A stretch of 64,000 bases of DNA from an uncultured Oscillospiraceae bacterium (GTDB lineage Bacteria; Bacillota; Clostridia; Oscillospirales; Oscillospiraceae). The position numbers and the translations under genes were made by a program. Positions 28,782 to 37,209 of this stretch are shown here, one piece after another. The DNA lies in contig CANRFT010000006.1 of NCBI GenBank assembly GCA_947629955.1, positions 3,226-67,225 of the forward strand, written 5' to 3'. The number at the start of each line of letters is the position of its first letter. Position 1 is the stretch's first letter. The notes under the pieces are model-generated. The model saw nothing but the letters and a program-made list of their open reading frames with translations, was not told the DNA's origin and searched no databases.

Positions 28782-31700
28782 TTGTGGATAAAATTCAAGA
28801 ATATATTGAGAAACATAATGGCCCTGGAACACTTTTTGTAATCAAAGGATATGCCTTCACAGAATTTGAAAGCTGCAATGCATCGCTGGAAAGGACACTG
28901 AGGGACAAAGGTGCCCGATTTATGGAAATTCTTCAACAGCCCACAAAGGTTGTCCTCTATGAAGAATTTATTTGTCTTCGAGAGATTATTCTTTCGATGT
29001 TCTCAAAAATCTATATTTTTGAGAACATCGATTATATAAATCTGTTCCCTGTCCGTGTGAACCTTCAGCCAGAAATTATTTCTGCGTTGTGCGTACATTA
29101 TGACGAAGAATCCCAGGAAGAGATCTCGCTGGAACATTTAAGCGGCTATATTGATATTTACAGCAACTTTTTAAAGATTGGGGATTATTTCGCCTGCCGC
29201 TATAATTTGGATGAAAGTTATCTGCTCAGCGAAAAAATTGAACGCCTGTTTATTTCAGAAGATGAGCCATGTGATTTATGTACATGCGAAGTAGATAACG
29301 AAACCATTTTGACCATTTGTGAGGAGAGTGATTATTTTTCCTTAGCATACGGTTTAGAGGTGTCAGATACCGTCTTTGCGGTTGCGTTGGACAGTGCTTC
29401 CGTAGGAAAAACTGTACTGCAGGACAAGCTGCGGGGACTATGCGGAAAATATCCCAACAGACTGTTCAACTATGTTCCCCGAGCGGATAAGCAGATTCGG
29501 AAGTGCCCGCAAGAGATATACGATACGCTTGGCCGCTACTGGGGATACGATACTTTCCGGTCAATAAAAATGTATGACGTGGCCGCTGTTGAAGATCATC
29601 AAAAGAAAGTCATCACGATCTCGCAGGAAGACATTATTTGCGATCTTATTGAACAGGCGGAAAATTGTGTGGAGGGGAAAACATACCGGGATATATTTGT
29701 AACTGCGCCGACGGGTTCCGGAAAATCATTGATGTTCCAGCTTCCGGCGATTTACTTGGCGGAAAAATATAAGCTGTTGACTCTGGTTATTACTCCCTTG
29801 ATTGGGTTGATGAAGGATCAAGTTCAAAATCTTGAGGAACGGGGATATTTTGGCGCCAAAACCATCAATTCTGACATTTCTCCGATTGTTAGAGAGGAGA
29901 CCCTTGCCGCGGTTGCAAATGGGGAGTGCGATATTTTGTACTTATCTCCAGAATCTTTATTGAGCCGCAATGACGTGGAACAACTCATTGGGAAACGCAG
30001 GATTGGTATGCTTGTTGTGGACGAATCTCACATTGTCACAACGTGGGGAAAGCAATTTCGCCCGGACTATTGGTATTTGGGGGATCACATTCGAAAACTC
30101 AGAAAGCGCCAGTCTCAAAGGGAAAACGATCCTGCTCCGTTTATTATTGCCACATTTACTGCAACGGCGATTTACGGCGGAAGCGAAGACATGTATCACG
30201 AAACGCTGAATAGTCTCCATATGGTGAATCCCATTACCCATTTGGGACATATCAGGCGGAGTAACATTTCTATTGAAGTGACTCAGGCGGAAAAAAGAAC
30301 CCGCAATGAGTACGAGAGTGACAAATTTGACTTTTTAATTTCAGAAATCCATAAAGCGCTAATCCGTGGACAGAAAGTGTTGATTTACTTTCCGACAGTC
30401 GTCCTGATTAACAGCTTCAAGTCCTATTGCTATGCCAAAGGCCTTGGAAAACACCTCTCCATTTACCATGGCCAGTTAGATGCCGACGAAAAGGACTTCA
30501 ATCTCAATGAATTCCGTAATGGCAACAGACTTGTTATGGCCGCAACAAAGGCGTTTGGCATGGGCATCGACATTCCAGATATTAGCATCGTCATGCATTT
30601 TGCACCTACTGGGAATGTGTGCGACTATATGCAGGAGATTGGTCGCGCTGCGCGAAAAGCGGAGATTGATGGACATGCCATCTACCAGCATATTAGCGAT
30701 GACTTTAAGCACATTAACAGGTTGCATGGACTTTCGACCATTAGGAACTATCAACTTATCGAAGTCATTAAAAAAATCCTGGAACTTTACACGGCCTCCC
30801 GTTATTCTGAAAAATCTAAGCCTCTCACCAAAAAACGGAATGAGATGCTTGTGGATGCGGAAAGTTTTGCCTATATTTTTGGAGCGGCATCGGCAGATGA
30901 TAGCGATTTGATTGCAAAAGTAAAAACGGCGATGCTGTTGATTCAGAAAGACTACGAGCGGAAAGGATTCGCACCATTTTACATGAGACCGATCCCCGTT
31001 TTTGCCCATGGCTATTTCGCAATTCCGATTACTCAACAAGCAAAGCTAAATCGAAAGTATCCTGTTGCCGCGCAACTGGTTTTCCGCGAAAAGAATATAT
31101 TCAAAGTCGATCTGCGCTTGATTTGGGATCGGGAGTACAGCAGAGAAATGTCCTTTCCGAAATTCAAATACCTGCTTTACACGCAGAGCCCGGAATTATC
31201 ATTTAACGAGCAATTCTCTCTGACGCCGGCAATGTCTATTGACATCACGCTGGCAGATAACAGCGGGCTTATATTTGACTCCGTCATAAATGCTTTGCAC
31301 GGTATATTCCAAGAGTCGATTTCCTCGGGGAACTACCTGAAGGAATCCATCATTTCAGAACGGCTTGCATCTTTGTGCAGTTCCTTGGGCATCAATCGTT
31401 ATAGAGCGCAAAGCGCAATTAACGTTTTTTTTGCGGCTGCCAACACATATGCAAGTGAATACTCTAAGCGCCTCAATGGAAGGCTTTATCTCACTCGGGC
31501 AACCCATGCGGGAGACACGTCATATTCCATCAGGTCTTCTATTCAGGACTTTTTTAACTGGATCAAACGCCGCTTCAGGGAGATTTTAACACAGTCGATC
31601 CCTGCTGATTCGGAGACTCAGCGTAAATTGTACCTTATAAACGACAGTCATAATACGCAATGCAAGGAGTATCTAACCTGCTTAGGTGTCTTGGAGACCA

Positions 31701-32314
31701 TGGGGGTTCTTCGTTTTAAGTCGCTGGGCGGCTCAAATAGCCAGCTTTACATCTATGTAAACTCGGTAAAGGATATGACCATAGTCAGAGACCGCCCTGC
31801 TAGCTACATAAACCGACTGCTGGAATTGGTGAATAAGCGGCATAGAGATTCCGTTGAAATGTTGACGTACTTATTCCAGAACGATTTTACAAGCGAAGAA
31901 ATCTGGGATCATTTGGAGAACTATTTTCTTGGAATCATGCCAGATACATTTGGCGGGAAGACTGTCATGGACACATCCATTGATTGCGACGACAGAACTG
32001 TTATTCTCCAGATTGGCGATGATTTTAAAGAAGATTACACGTCTTGGAGCGAGGCCGCGATTCTGTTTGATGATTTTCAAACCGAAAAACTTGACCTCGC
32101 AGGGATACCTTTGGCTGACTACTACAGCGCAAAGCTGTATGCCGGCAGTCAGTATGTGGATGTCCTCCTTGCTTGGCAGAGTCAAAAAATAGCTTTGGTT
32201 GATGTCAATATTCCTGACGAGCTGGGCGAAACCTTTAAAGAGAATGGATGGCTTGTCTGCCAGTGCAATACCTTGGACTTAGATAAAATGAAACACAGAT
32301 TTGAGGAGCGATAG
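28778..32314 (+). CDS. Large RecQ-like SF2 helicase with long N- and C-terminal extensions
   Basis: APTGSGKS, PLIGLMKDQV, VDESH, WGKQFRPDY, TATA, ATKAFGMGID, QEIGRAAR; GTGA overlap with the sigma gene. Confidence 0.92.
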   Translation: MIVDKIQEYIEKHNGPGTLFVIKGYAFTEFESCNASLERTLRDKGARFMEILQQPTKVVLYEEFICLREIILSMFSKIYIFENIDYINLFPVRVNLQPEIISALCVHYDEESQEEISLEHLSGYIDIYSNFLKIGDYFACRYNLDESYLLSEKIERLFISEDEPCDLCTCEVDNETILTICEESDYFSLAYGLEVSDTVFAVALDSASVGKTVLQDKLRGLCGKYPNRLFNYVPRADKQIRKCPQEIYDTLGRYWGYDTFRSIKMYDVAAVEDHQKKVITISQEDIICDLIEQAENCVEGKTYRDIFVTAPTGSGKSLMFQLPAIYLAEKYKLLTLVITPLIGLMKDQVQNLEERGYFGAKTINSDISPIVREETLAAVANGECDILYLSPESLLSRNDVEQLIGKRRIGMLVVDESHIVTTWGKQFRPDYWYLGDHIRKLRKRQSQRENDPAPFIIATFTATAIYGGSEDMYHETLNSLHMVNPITHLGHIRRSNISIEVTQAEKRTRNEYESDKFDFLISEIHKALIRGQKVLIYFPTVVLINSFKSYCYAKGLGKHLSIYHGQLDADEKDFNLNEFRNGNRLVMAATKAFGMGIDIPDISIVMHFAPTGNVCDYMQEIGRAARKAEIDGHAIYQHISDDFKHINRLHGLSTIRNYQLIEVIKKILELYTASRYSEKSKPLTKKRNEMLVDAESFAYIFGAASADDSDLIAKVKTAMLLIQKDYERKGFAPFYMRPIPVFAHGYFAIPITQQAKLNRKYPVAAQLVFREKNIFKVDLRLIWDREYSREMSFPKFKYLLYTQSPELSFNEQFSLTPAMSIDITLADNSGLIFDSVINALHGIFQESISSGNYLKESIISERLASLCSSLGINRYRAQSAINVFFAAANTYASEYSKRLNGRLYLTRATHAGDTSYSIRSSIQDFFNWIKRRFREILTQSIPADSETQRKLYLINDSHNTQCKEYLTCLGVLETMGVLRFKSLGGSNSQLYIYVNSVKDMTIVRDRPASYINRLLELVNKRHRDSVEMLTYLFQNDFTSEEIWDHLENYFLGIMPDTFGGKTVMDTSIDCDDRTVILQIGDDFKEDYTSWSEAAILFDDFQTEKLDLAGIPLADYYSAKLYAGSQYVDVLLAWQSQKIALVDVNIPDELGETFKENGWLVCQCNTLDLDKMKHRFEER

Positions 32315-32316
32315 AG

Positions 32317-34041
32317 ATGGCCAGGATGATTCCCAGCAATGTTACCCACGAAGAATTTCATGGTAGTATCGGTGAGGAACGCACCTACAACGCACTGTCT
32401 ACGCTGCCGGATGAGTATGTTATATTTCATTCGGTCCATTGGAACAAGGCTTGCTCAAGTGGGAGAGTTGTCTGGGGGGAATCGGATTTTGTTGTCTTCC
32501 ATCCGAAGCGCGGGCTACTTGTCATCGAGGTTAAATCCGGCGGCATTGCCTGCAAAGATGGCCGCTGGTATCAAACAAATACTTTGACAGGCGAGTGTAT
32601 GCAGATGAAACGTTCGCCCATGGCGCAGGCTGAACGAAGTAAGTTTACATTTGTGGATCTTTTGGCAAACTCAAAATTGGATACAGTCAGGAATTACTGG
32701 GTGGAATGTGCGGTTTGGTTTCCAAGTGTCAATGAGCGTAGCAAAATTGGAGATATGCCTTGTGAGTATTCTGTGGGGAATGTACTCTTGCAAAATGATC
32801 TGAACAATCCTGGCGTAGCCATCATGCGAGTTTTCGACTTCTACAAAATGCACGCACCCTTTAATGCCTCTAAAGAAGAAACCGATGAGGTTATTCGCAT
32901 TCTATCCCCCAGTTTTGATGTTGTTCTTACCTTCTCAGGTAAGGCCATTGAGCAAGACTATTGTTTTAACCGAATGACAACGGAGCAAAGCTATTTGCTT
33001 GATTATCTAGAGGAACAACGTGTTGCAGCCATTCAGGGCGGTGCCGGAACGGGGAAAACGATGTTGGCAATTGAGAAAGCCCGGAGACTGGCAGAAACGG
33101 ATCAGGTTCTGTTTCTATGTTTCAACCGCCATTTGCTACAATATCTCCAGAGCTCCTACGGGACTGCCATTCCCAATATTACATTTACAAATCTACCCCA
33201 ACTTACCTGCAGACACATGCAAGTCCTTGATGCCGGTGGAGATGAGGGGATATCCCGGTATCTCAATGAATATGATCGGCACTCCTGGCCCTATCGTCAT
33301 ATCATCATTGATGAAGGGCAGGACTTTGCCGAACACCATCTGGAACTCCTCTACACCATAGCCGAAATAGCAGATGGCTGTTTCTACATTTTCTACGACA
33401 AAAACCAACTTGTCCAACAGCGGCAGACCCTGGATTGGGTTAACCGTGTTGAGTGCAGATTAATTCTTTCTCGCAATTGCAGAAATACCCGTAGCATCGC
33501 AGTGACATCGTACAAGCCCCTTGGAATTGAGAAAATCAAAATGCGATTAGATGTTCCGGGGCAGAAACCGACTATGTATCTCTCCAGGAATATAGAGGAT
33601 GCACAGCAAACTATTGGATCTGTAATTCACAACTACACACAGCAGGGGATTCAGAAAAAGCAAATTGTAATTCTCACTGTAAAAACAGAAGATACGTCGA
33701 TTCTGTCTGGCGTTTCCTCTATTAGAGAGTACCCACTTGTTCCCAATCGGGATGATAGTGGGATACTGTTTACATCTTCCCGCAAATTCAAAGGCTTGGA
33801 ATCAGATGTCGTTATCGTTGTGGACGTAGATAACAGCTGTTTCCTTGACGATGAAAAACGGAGAGTGTTCTACGTGGGAGCATCAAGAGCAAAACATTAT
33901 CTGGATATCGTATCTGTGATGAGTGATGAGGAAACGAATAGCATGGTTTTGCTTTTAACTGGTGAAAAAAAGAAGAACGCTAAATTAGCGTTGGGATCAT
34001 TCTTAAAAGTTAAAATTGTTTCTGGTGGCACAACGTCTTAG
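32317..34041 (+). CDS. NERD nuclease fused to an SF1 (UvrD-like) helicase/ATPase
   Basis: ESDFVVFHPKRGLLVIEVKSG nuclease motif; GGAGTGKT, IIDEGQD, RNCRNT, FKGLESDVV, YVGASRAK. Confidence 0.9.
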   Translation: MARMIPSNVTHEEFHGSIGEERTYNALSTLPDEYVIFHSVHWNKACSSGRVVWGESDFVVFHPKRGLLVIEVKSGGIACKDGRWYQTNTLTGECMQMKRSPMAQAERSKFTFVDLLANSKLDTVRNYWVECAVWFPSVNERSKIGDMPCEYSVGNVLLQNDLNNPGVAIMRVFDFYKMHAPFNASKEETDEVIRILSPSFDVVLTFSGKAIEQDYCFNRMTTEQSYLLDYLEEQRVAAIQGGAGTGKTMLAIEKARRLAETDQVLFLCFNRHLLQYLQSSYGTAIPNITFTNLPQLTCRHMQVLDAGGDEGISRYLNEYDRHSWPYRHIIIDEGQDFAEHHLELLYTIAEIADGCFYIFYDKNQLVQQRQTLDWVNRVECRLILSRNCRNTRSIAVTSYKPLGIEKIKMRLDVPGQKPTMYLSRNIEDAQQTIGSVIHNYTQQGIQKKQIVILTVKTEDTSILSGVSSIREYPLVPNRDDSGILFTSSRKFKGLESDVVIVVDVDNSCFLDDEKRRVFYVGASRAKHYLDIVSVMSDEETNSMVLLLTGEKKKNAKLALGSFLKVKIVSGGTTS

Positions 34042-34057
34042 GGGTATAAAAGAACAA

Positions 34058-34093
34058 AGATAGAGCCAAGGCCTTATGGCCTTAGCTCTATCT
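34058..34093 (-). terminator. Element-borne terminator, better on the minus (tRNA operon) strand
   Basis: 16-bp hairpin; its single C-A mismatch on + is a G-U pair on -, followed by TTGTTCTTTT on -. Confidence 0.7.
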
Positions 34094-34149
34094 CTTCTTC
34101 AACCGCAAATACATTCCTTACAACAAAGAGGGTTCGTATCTGCGCGTTT

Positions 34150-34225
34150 TGGTGACCCGTCGGGGGCTCGAACCCCGGACCTTCGCCTTAAAAGGGCGTT
34201 GCTCTACCAACTGAGCTAACGAGTC
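34150..34225 (-). tRNA. tRNA-Lys(TTT), integration target
   Basis: GACTCGT/ACGGGTC acceptor stem, anticodon loop CTTTTAA, CCA; 76 nt. Confidence 0.93.
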
Positions 34226-34275
34226 ATTTTTTGGTGAGGGGTTTCCAAAAATCCGCTGGGCGGATTTTTGGAAAC

Positions 34276-34350
34276 TGGCTGGGATGGCTGGACTCGAACC
34301 AGCGAATGCGGGAGTCAAAGTCCCGTGCCTTACCACTTGGCTACACCCCA
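34276..34350 (-). tRNA. tRNA-Gln(TTG)
   Basis: TGGGGTGTAGCCAAGTGGTAAGGCACGGGACTTTGACTCCCG...CCA; 75 nt. Confidence 0.95.
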
Positions 34351-34401
34351 ATGTGGAGTGAGGCAAGGGCCGGAGCGGACGCCCCGGCCCTCAGCCTGAT
34401 A

Positions 34402-34478
34402 TGGGGTGGGTAATGGGGCTCGAACCCACGACACCCGGAACCACAATCCGGTGCTCTCCCAGCTGAGCTATACCCACC
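34402..34478 (-). tRNA. tRNA-His(GTG)
   Basis: G-1 start GGTGGGTATAGCTCAG, anticodon loop TTGTGGT, CCA; 77 nt. Confidence 0.95.
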
Positions 34479-34510
34479 ATATCAACTTGTACTGCCATAC
34501 CCGCCCTGAT

Positions 34511-34619
34511 GGGGTCCCCGCAAAGCCGTCCCCCAGGCTTTGTGGGGAAAGGAGGCGCAGCGGAGTGAGCGAGACCTGCCGCTTGCGGCGGGGCGAACGA
34601 TACGTAGCTTGCGCCGACG
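34511..34619 (-). repeat. tRNA-3'-linked ~110 bp repeat, copy 2 (directly after tRNA-Arg CCA)
   Basis: Block similarity to copies 1 and 3. Confidence 0.85.
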
Positions 34620-34696
34620 TGGTACGCCTGAAGGGACTCGAACCCCCGGCCCGCTGCTTAGAAGGCAGCTGCTCTATCCACCTGAGCTACAGGCGC
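34620..34696 (-). tRNA. tRNA-Arg(TCT)
   Basis: GCGCCTGTAGCTCAG, anticodon loop CTTCTAA, CCA; 77 nt. Confidence 0.95.
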
Positions 34697-34711
34697 ATAT
34701 TGTGCCCTTTC

Positions 34712-34819
34712 GGGGCCCCCGCAAAGCCGCTCTCCAGGCTTTGTGGGGAAAGGAGGCGCGACGAAGTGAGCGAGCTCTGGCCGCAGGCCGGAGCGAGGGA
34801 TACGCAGTCCGCGCCGACG
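34712..34819 (-). repeat. tRNA-3'-linked ~110 bp repeat, copy 3 (directly after tRNA-Gly CCA)
   Basis: Block similarity to copies 1 and 2. Confidence 0.85.
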
Positions 34820-34893
34820 TGGAGCGGGTGATGGGAATCGAACCCACGCGACCAGCTTGGAAGGCTGGGATTCTACCATTGAACTACACCCGC
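34820..34893 (-). tRNA. tRNA-Gly(TCC)
   Basis: GCGGGTGTAGTTCAATGGTAGAAT, anticodon loop CTTCCAA, CCA; 74 nt. Confidence 0.95.
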
Positions 34894-34923
34894 ATGGCGA
34901 CTCCGCAAAACGTCGGCCTAAGC

Positions 34924-34953
34924 ATAATAGCACAGGGGCCGGGGCTTTGTCAA
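34924..34953 (-). promoter_or_regulatory. sigma-A promoter of the tRNA operon
   Basis: TTGACA-N18-TATTAT with TGn on the minus strand. Confidence 0.75.
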
Positions 34954-34975
34954 TCCCCACATTGAAAAAACCTCT

Positions 34976-35743
34976 CTATACGGGCCCGAAAATTTCCTCC
35001 AGGCAGCCCTCCGCCTCCGGCCCGGGAAGAAGGGCGGCACAGAGGCCCGCCCGGTCGGCGGCGGCCAGTTTTTCCCGGACGGAGCGTGGGCTGTCGAACA
35101 GCACGAAGTGGGCCTTGTCCCGGTCCATGTAGGTGTAGTAGTGGGCACAGAGGCCCCGGTCCAGGAACACCGCCGGCTCCAGGCGGGCGATCTGCCCCTC
35201 CAGCGCCGCCCGGCTGACGGGGGTCCCCCGGCCCGCCGCCGGCAGGGGAAAGTCCTCCCGGACCCACTCCACTGCCAGGGCGGTCCGCTCTGGGCCGTAC
35301 CGCTCCGCCGCGGCCCGGAGACGCCGCTCCAGCGACCCGGCGGTGACGGCGGAGGGGACGAGCACCCGGGCGGCCCGGACGAAGGGGGCGCAGCTCTCTG
35401 GGACGTACAGCGTCCAGCCTCTGGGGGCGCAGTTCCGGTCCAGCAGCTCCACCAGCCGGGGCAGGCAGCCGGAGGGCATCCCCTCAAAGTCGCAGACGAT
35501 CCCCCGGTATTCCCGGCGACGGCACTCCATCAGGATCTGCCGGGCGCAGGGGACCGGGTCGCCGTTCCCGTCGAAGCCCTGGCAGTCCAGCAGCATGTAC
35601 CCGCCCCGCAGGCCGGCGGGCAGGCGGGCGCCCAGCAGCCGGGGCCCCGGTCCCACCCGGTAGGCCATGTGGGCGGGGACGAGCCCCCATCGGCCGCATT
35701 GGGTACAGCGCCCGGCGGGCAGGGCCAGCAGCAGTTCTTTCAT
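34976..35743 (-). CDS. Hypothetical protein, degenerate GH18-like TIM barrel
   Basis: RGIVCDFE (cf. GH18 DxxDxDxE) and YYTY..HFVLFDSPRSVREKL (cf. W..D.RS..AK). Confidence 0.5.
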   Translation of the reverse strand: MKELLLALPAGRCTQCGRWGLVPAHMAYRVGPGPRLLGARLPAGLRGGYMLLDCQGFDGNGDPVPCARQILMECRRREYRGIVCDFEGMPSGCLPRLVELLDRNCAPRGWTLYVPESCAPFVRAARVLVPSAVTAGSLERRLRAAAERYGPERTALAVEWVREDFPLPAAGRGTPVSRAALEGQIARLEPAVFLDRGLCAHYYTYMDRDKAHFVLFDSPRSVREKLAAADRAGLCAALLPGPEAEGCLEEIFGPV

Positions 35744-35828
35744 CTCAAGTCCCCCTTGTGACCGGCGGAAAGTTGTGGTATGATACTACCATCGTATGCT
35801 GATCTCAGAGGGAATAGAAGGTGAGTCC

Positions 35829-36332
35829 ATGGCGCTGTTCCGGGCCGCTTATCTGGCCGACGATATCTATGCGGTGACCGGTGAGGCGCTGGAGCGCCGG
35901 GGCATCAAACTGCTGTTGGCCGATCTGGACAACACCCTGGTCCCCTACGGGGTGCCCCTGCCTGACGACCGGCTGAGGGCCTGGCGGGACGACCTGGCCG
36001 CCCACGGGGTCACCCTGTTCATCCTGTCCAACAACCGGAAGGAGCACCGGCCCCGCGTCTTCTCCGAGGCGCTTCAGGTGCCCTATATCGGCCACGCGGG
36101 CAAGCCCAAGACGCCCTCCTTTTACAAGGCCATGGAGCAGATGGGGGTCACAAAGGAGCAGACCGCCATCATCGGCGACCAGGTGTTCACCGACGTGCTG
36201 GGGGGCAATCTGGCCGGGGTGGCCGCCATCCTGGTGAAGCCCATCCGGCTGGCGGGCAATCCGGGGCGGTATCTGCGCTATGCGGTGGAGGTCCCCTTCC
36301 GCCTGCTGAGTCGAAGGGGGGAGGCCCTGTGA
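35829..36332 (+). CDS. yqeG: YqeG-family HAD IIIA phosphatase
   Basis: LADLDNTL, LSNN, AGKP, IGDQVFTDVLGGN; promoter TTGTGA-N17-TATGAT at 35756-84. Confidence 0.9.
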   Translation: MALFRAAYLADDIYAVTGEALERRGIKLLLADLDNTLVPYGVPLPDDRLRAWRDDLAAHGVTLFILSNNRKEHRPRVFSEALQVPYIGHAGKPKTPSFYKAMEQMGVTKEQTAIIGDQVFTDVLGGNLAGVAAILVKPIRLAGNPGRYLRYAVEVPFRLLSRRGEAL

Positions 36333-37195
36333 GCGCCATCTTCGGCCCCGCCGGCAACTGCGACAGCTTCTCCAAGGTCCACAAGTCCTCCCTGGACGCG
36401 CCAAAGTGGATCGCGGACTTCGGCCTGGACTGCTACGAGTACCAGTGCGGCAAGGGGGTCCACGTGGGGGAGGCGTCCGCCGTGAAGCTGGGGGAGAACG
36501 CCAGAGCCGCCGGCGTCGTCCTGTCTCTCCATGCCCCCTACTTTATCAACCTGGCCAACCCGGACCCGGACAGACTGCAAAAGACCATCGGGTACATCAC
36601 CGCCGCTTGCCTGGCGGCCTCCTGGATGGGGGCAAATCGCGTGGTGGTCCACTCCGGGGCCCTCATGAGCCGGAGCAGGGGAGAGGCCCTGTCCATTGCG
36701 AAAAAGTCTCTGGCGGAAGTCCTCACCGCCTGTGACGATCAGGGCTTCGGCTCCATCGCCCTGTGCCCTGAGACCATGGGAAAGATCAATCAGCTGGGGG
36801 ACCTGGACGAGGTGCTGGAGCTCTGCACCCTGGACGAGAGATTGGTCCCCTGTATCGACTTCGGTCACCTGTACGCTCGGTCCCTGGGGGCGGACGACGG
36901 GGCGGAGGCCGTGGAGCGGATGCTGGACCGGGTGGAGGAGTTCCTGGGCCCCGGCCGGGCCTCCCGGTTCCACAGCCACTTCTCGCATATCCAGTTCACC
37001 CCCAACGGCGGGGAGAAGTGTCACCGCACCTTCGGGGACGACGGCGGCTACGGCCCCGCCTGGGAGCCTCTTGCCGCCGCCGTGGCCCGCCGGGGATGGA
37101 GCCCCGCCTTCATCTGCGAGTCCGCCGGCACCCAGGCGGAGGACGCCCTGACCATGAAACAGATCTACCGGCAGTACGCCGCTGAAGAAAAATAA
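36329..37195 (+). CDS. Endonuclease IV-like TIM-barrel protein (AP endonuclease 2 family)
   Basis: LSLHAPYFINL, VVVHSG, CPETMGK, CIDFGH, HFS..H, ICES. Confidence 0.85.
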   Translation: MSAIFGPAGNCDSFSKVHKSSLDAPKWIADFGLDCYEYQCGKGVHVGEASAVKLGENARAAGVVLSLHAPYFINLANPDPDRLQKTIGYITAACLAASWMGANRVVVHSGALMSRSRGEALSIAKKSLAEVLTACDDQGFGSIALCPETMGKINQLGDLDEVLELCTLDERLVPCIDFGHLYARSLGADDGAEAVERMLDRVEEFLGPGRASRFHSHFSHIQFTPNGGEKCHRTFGDDGGYGPAWEPLAAAVARRGWSPAFICESAGTQAEDALTMKQIYRQYAAEEK

Positions 37196-37209
37196 AGGAG
37201 TGCATCGAT

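Larger units (their letters stand above)
22143..34159. mobile_element. ~12 kb serine-recombinase integrative element inserted at the 3' end of tRNA-Lys
   Basis: Direct repeat TGGTGACCCG at 22143-22152 and 34150-34159 (the tRNA-Lys 3' end); recombinase at the left end; visibly lower GC; the host tRNA-linked repeat abuts the left copy. Confidence 0.9.

Noticed and set aside
34118-34965. Several 60-140 aa ORFs across the tRNA cluster
   Set aside because: They overlap tRNA genes and the non-coding repeat, so they are spurious.
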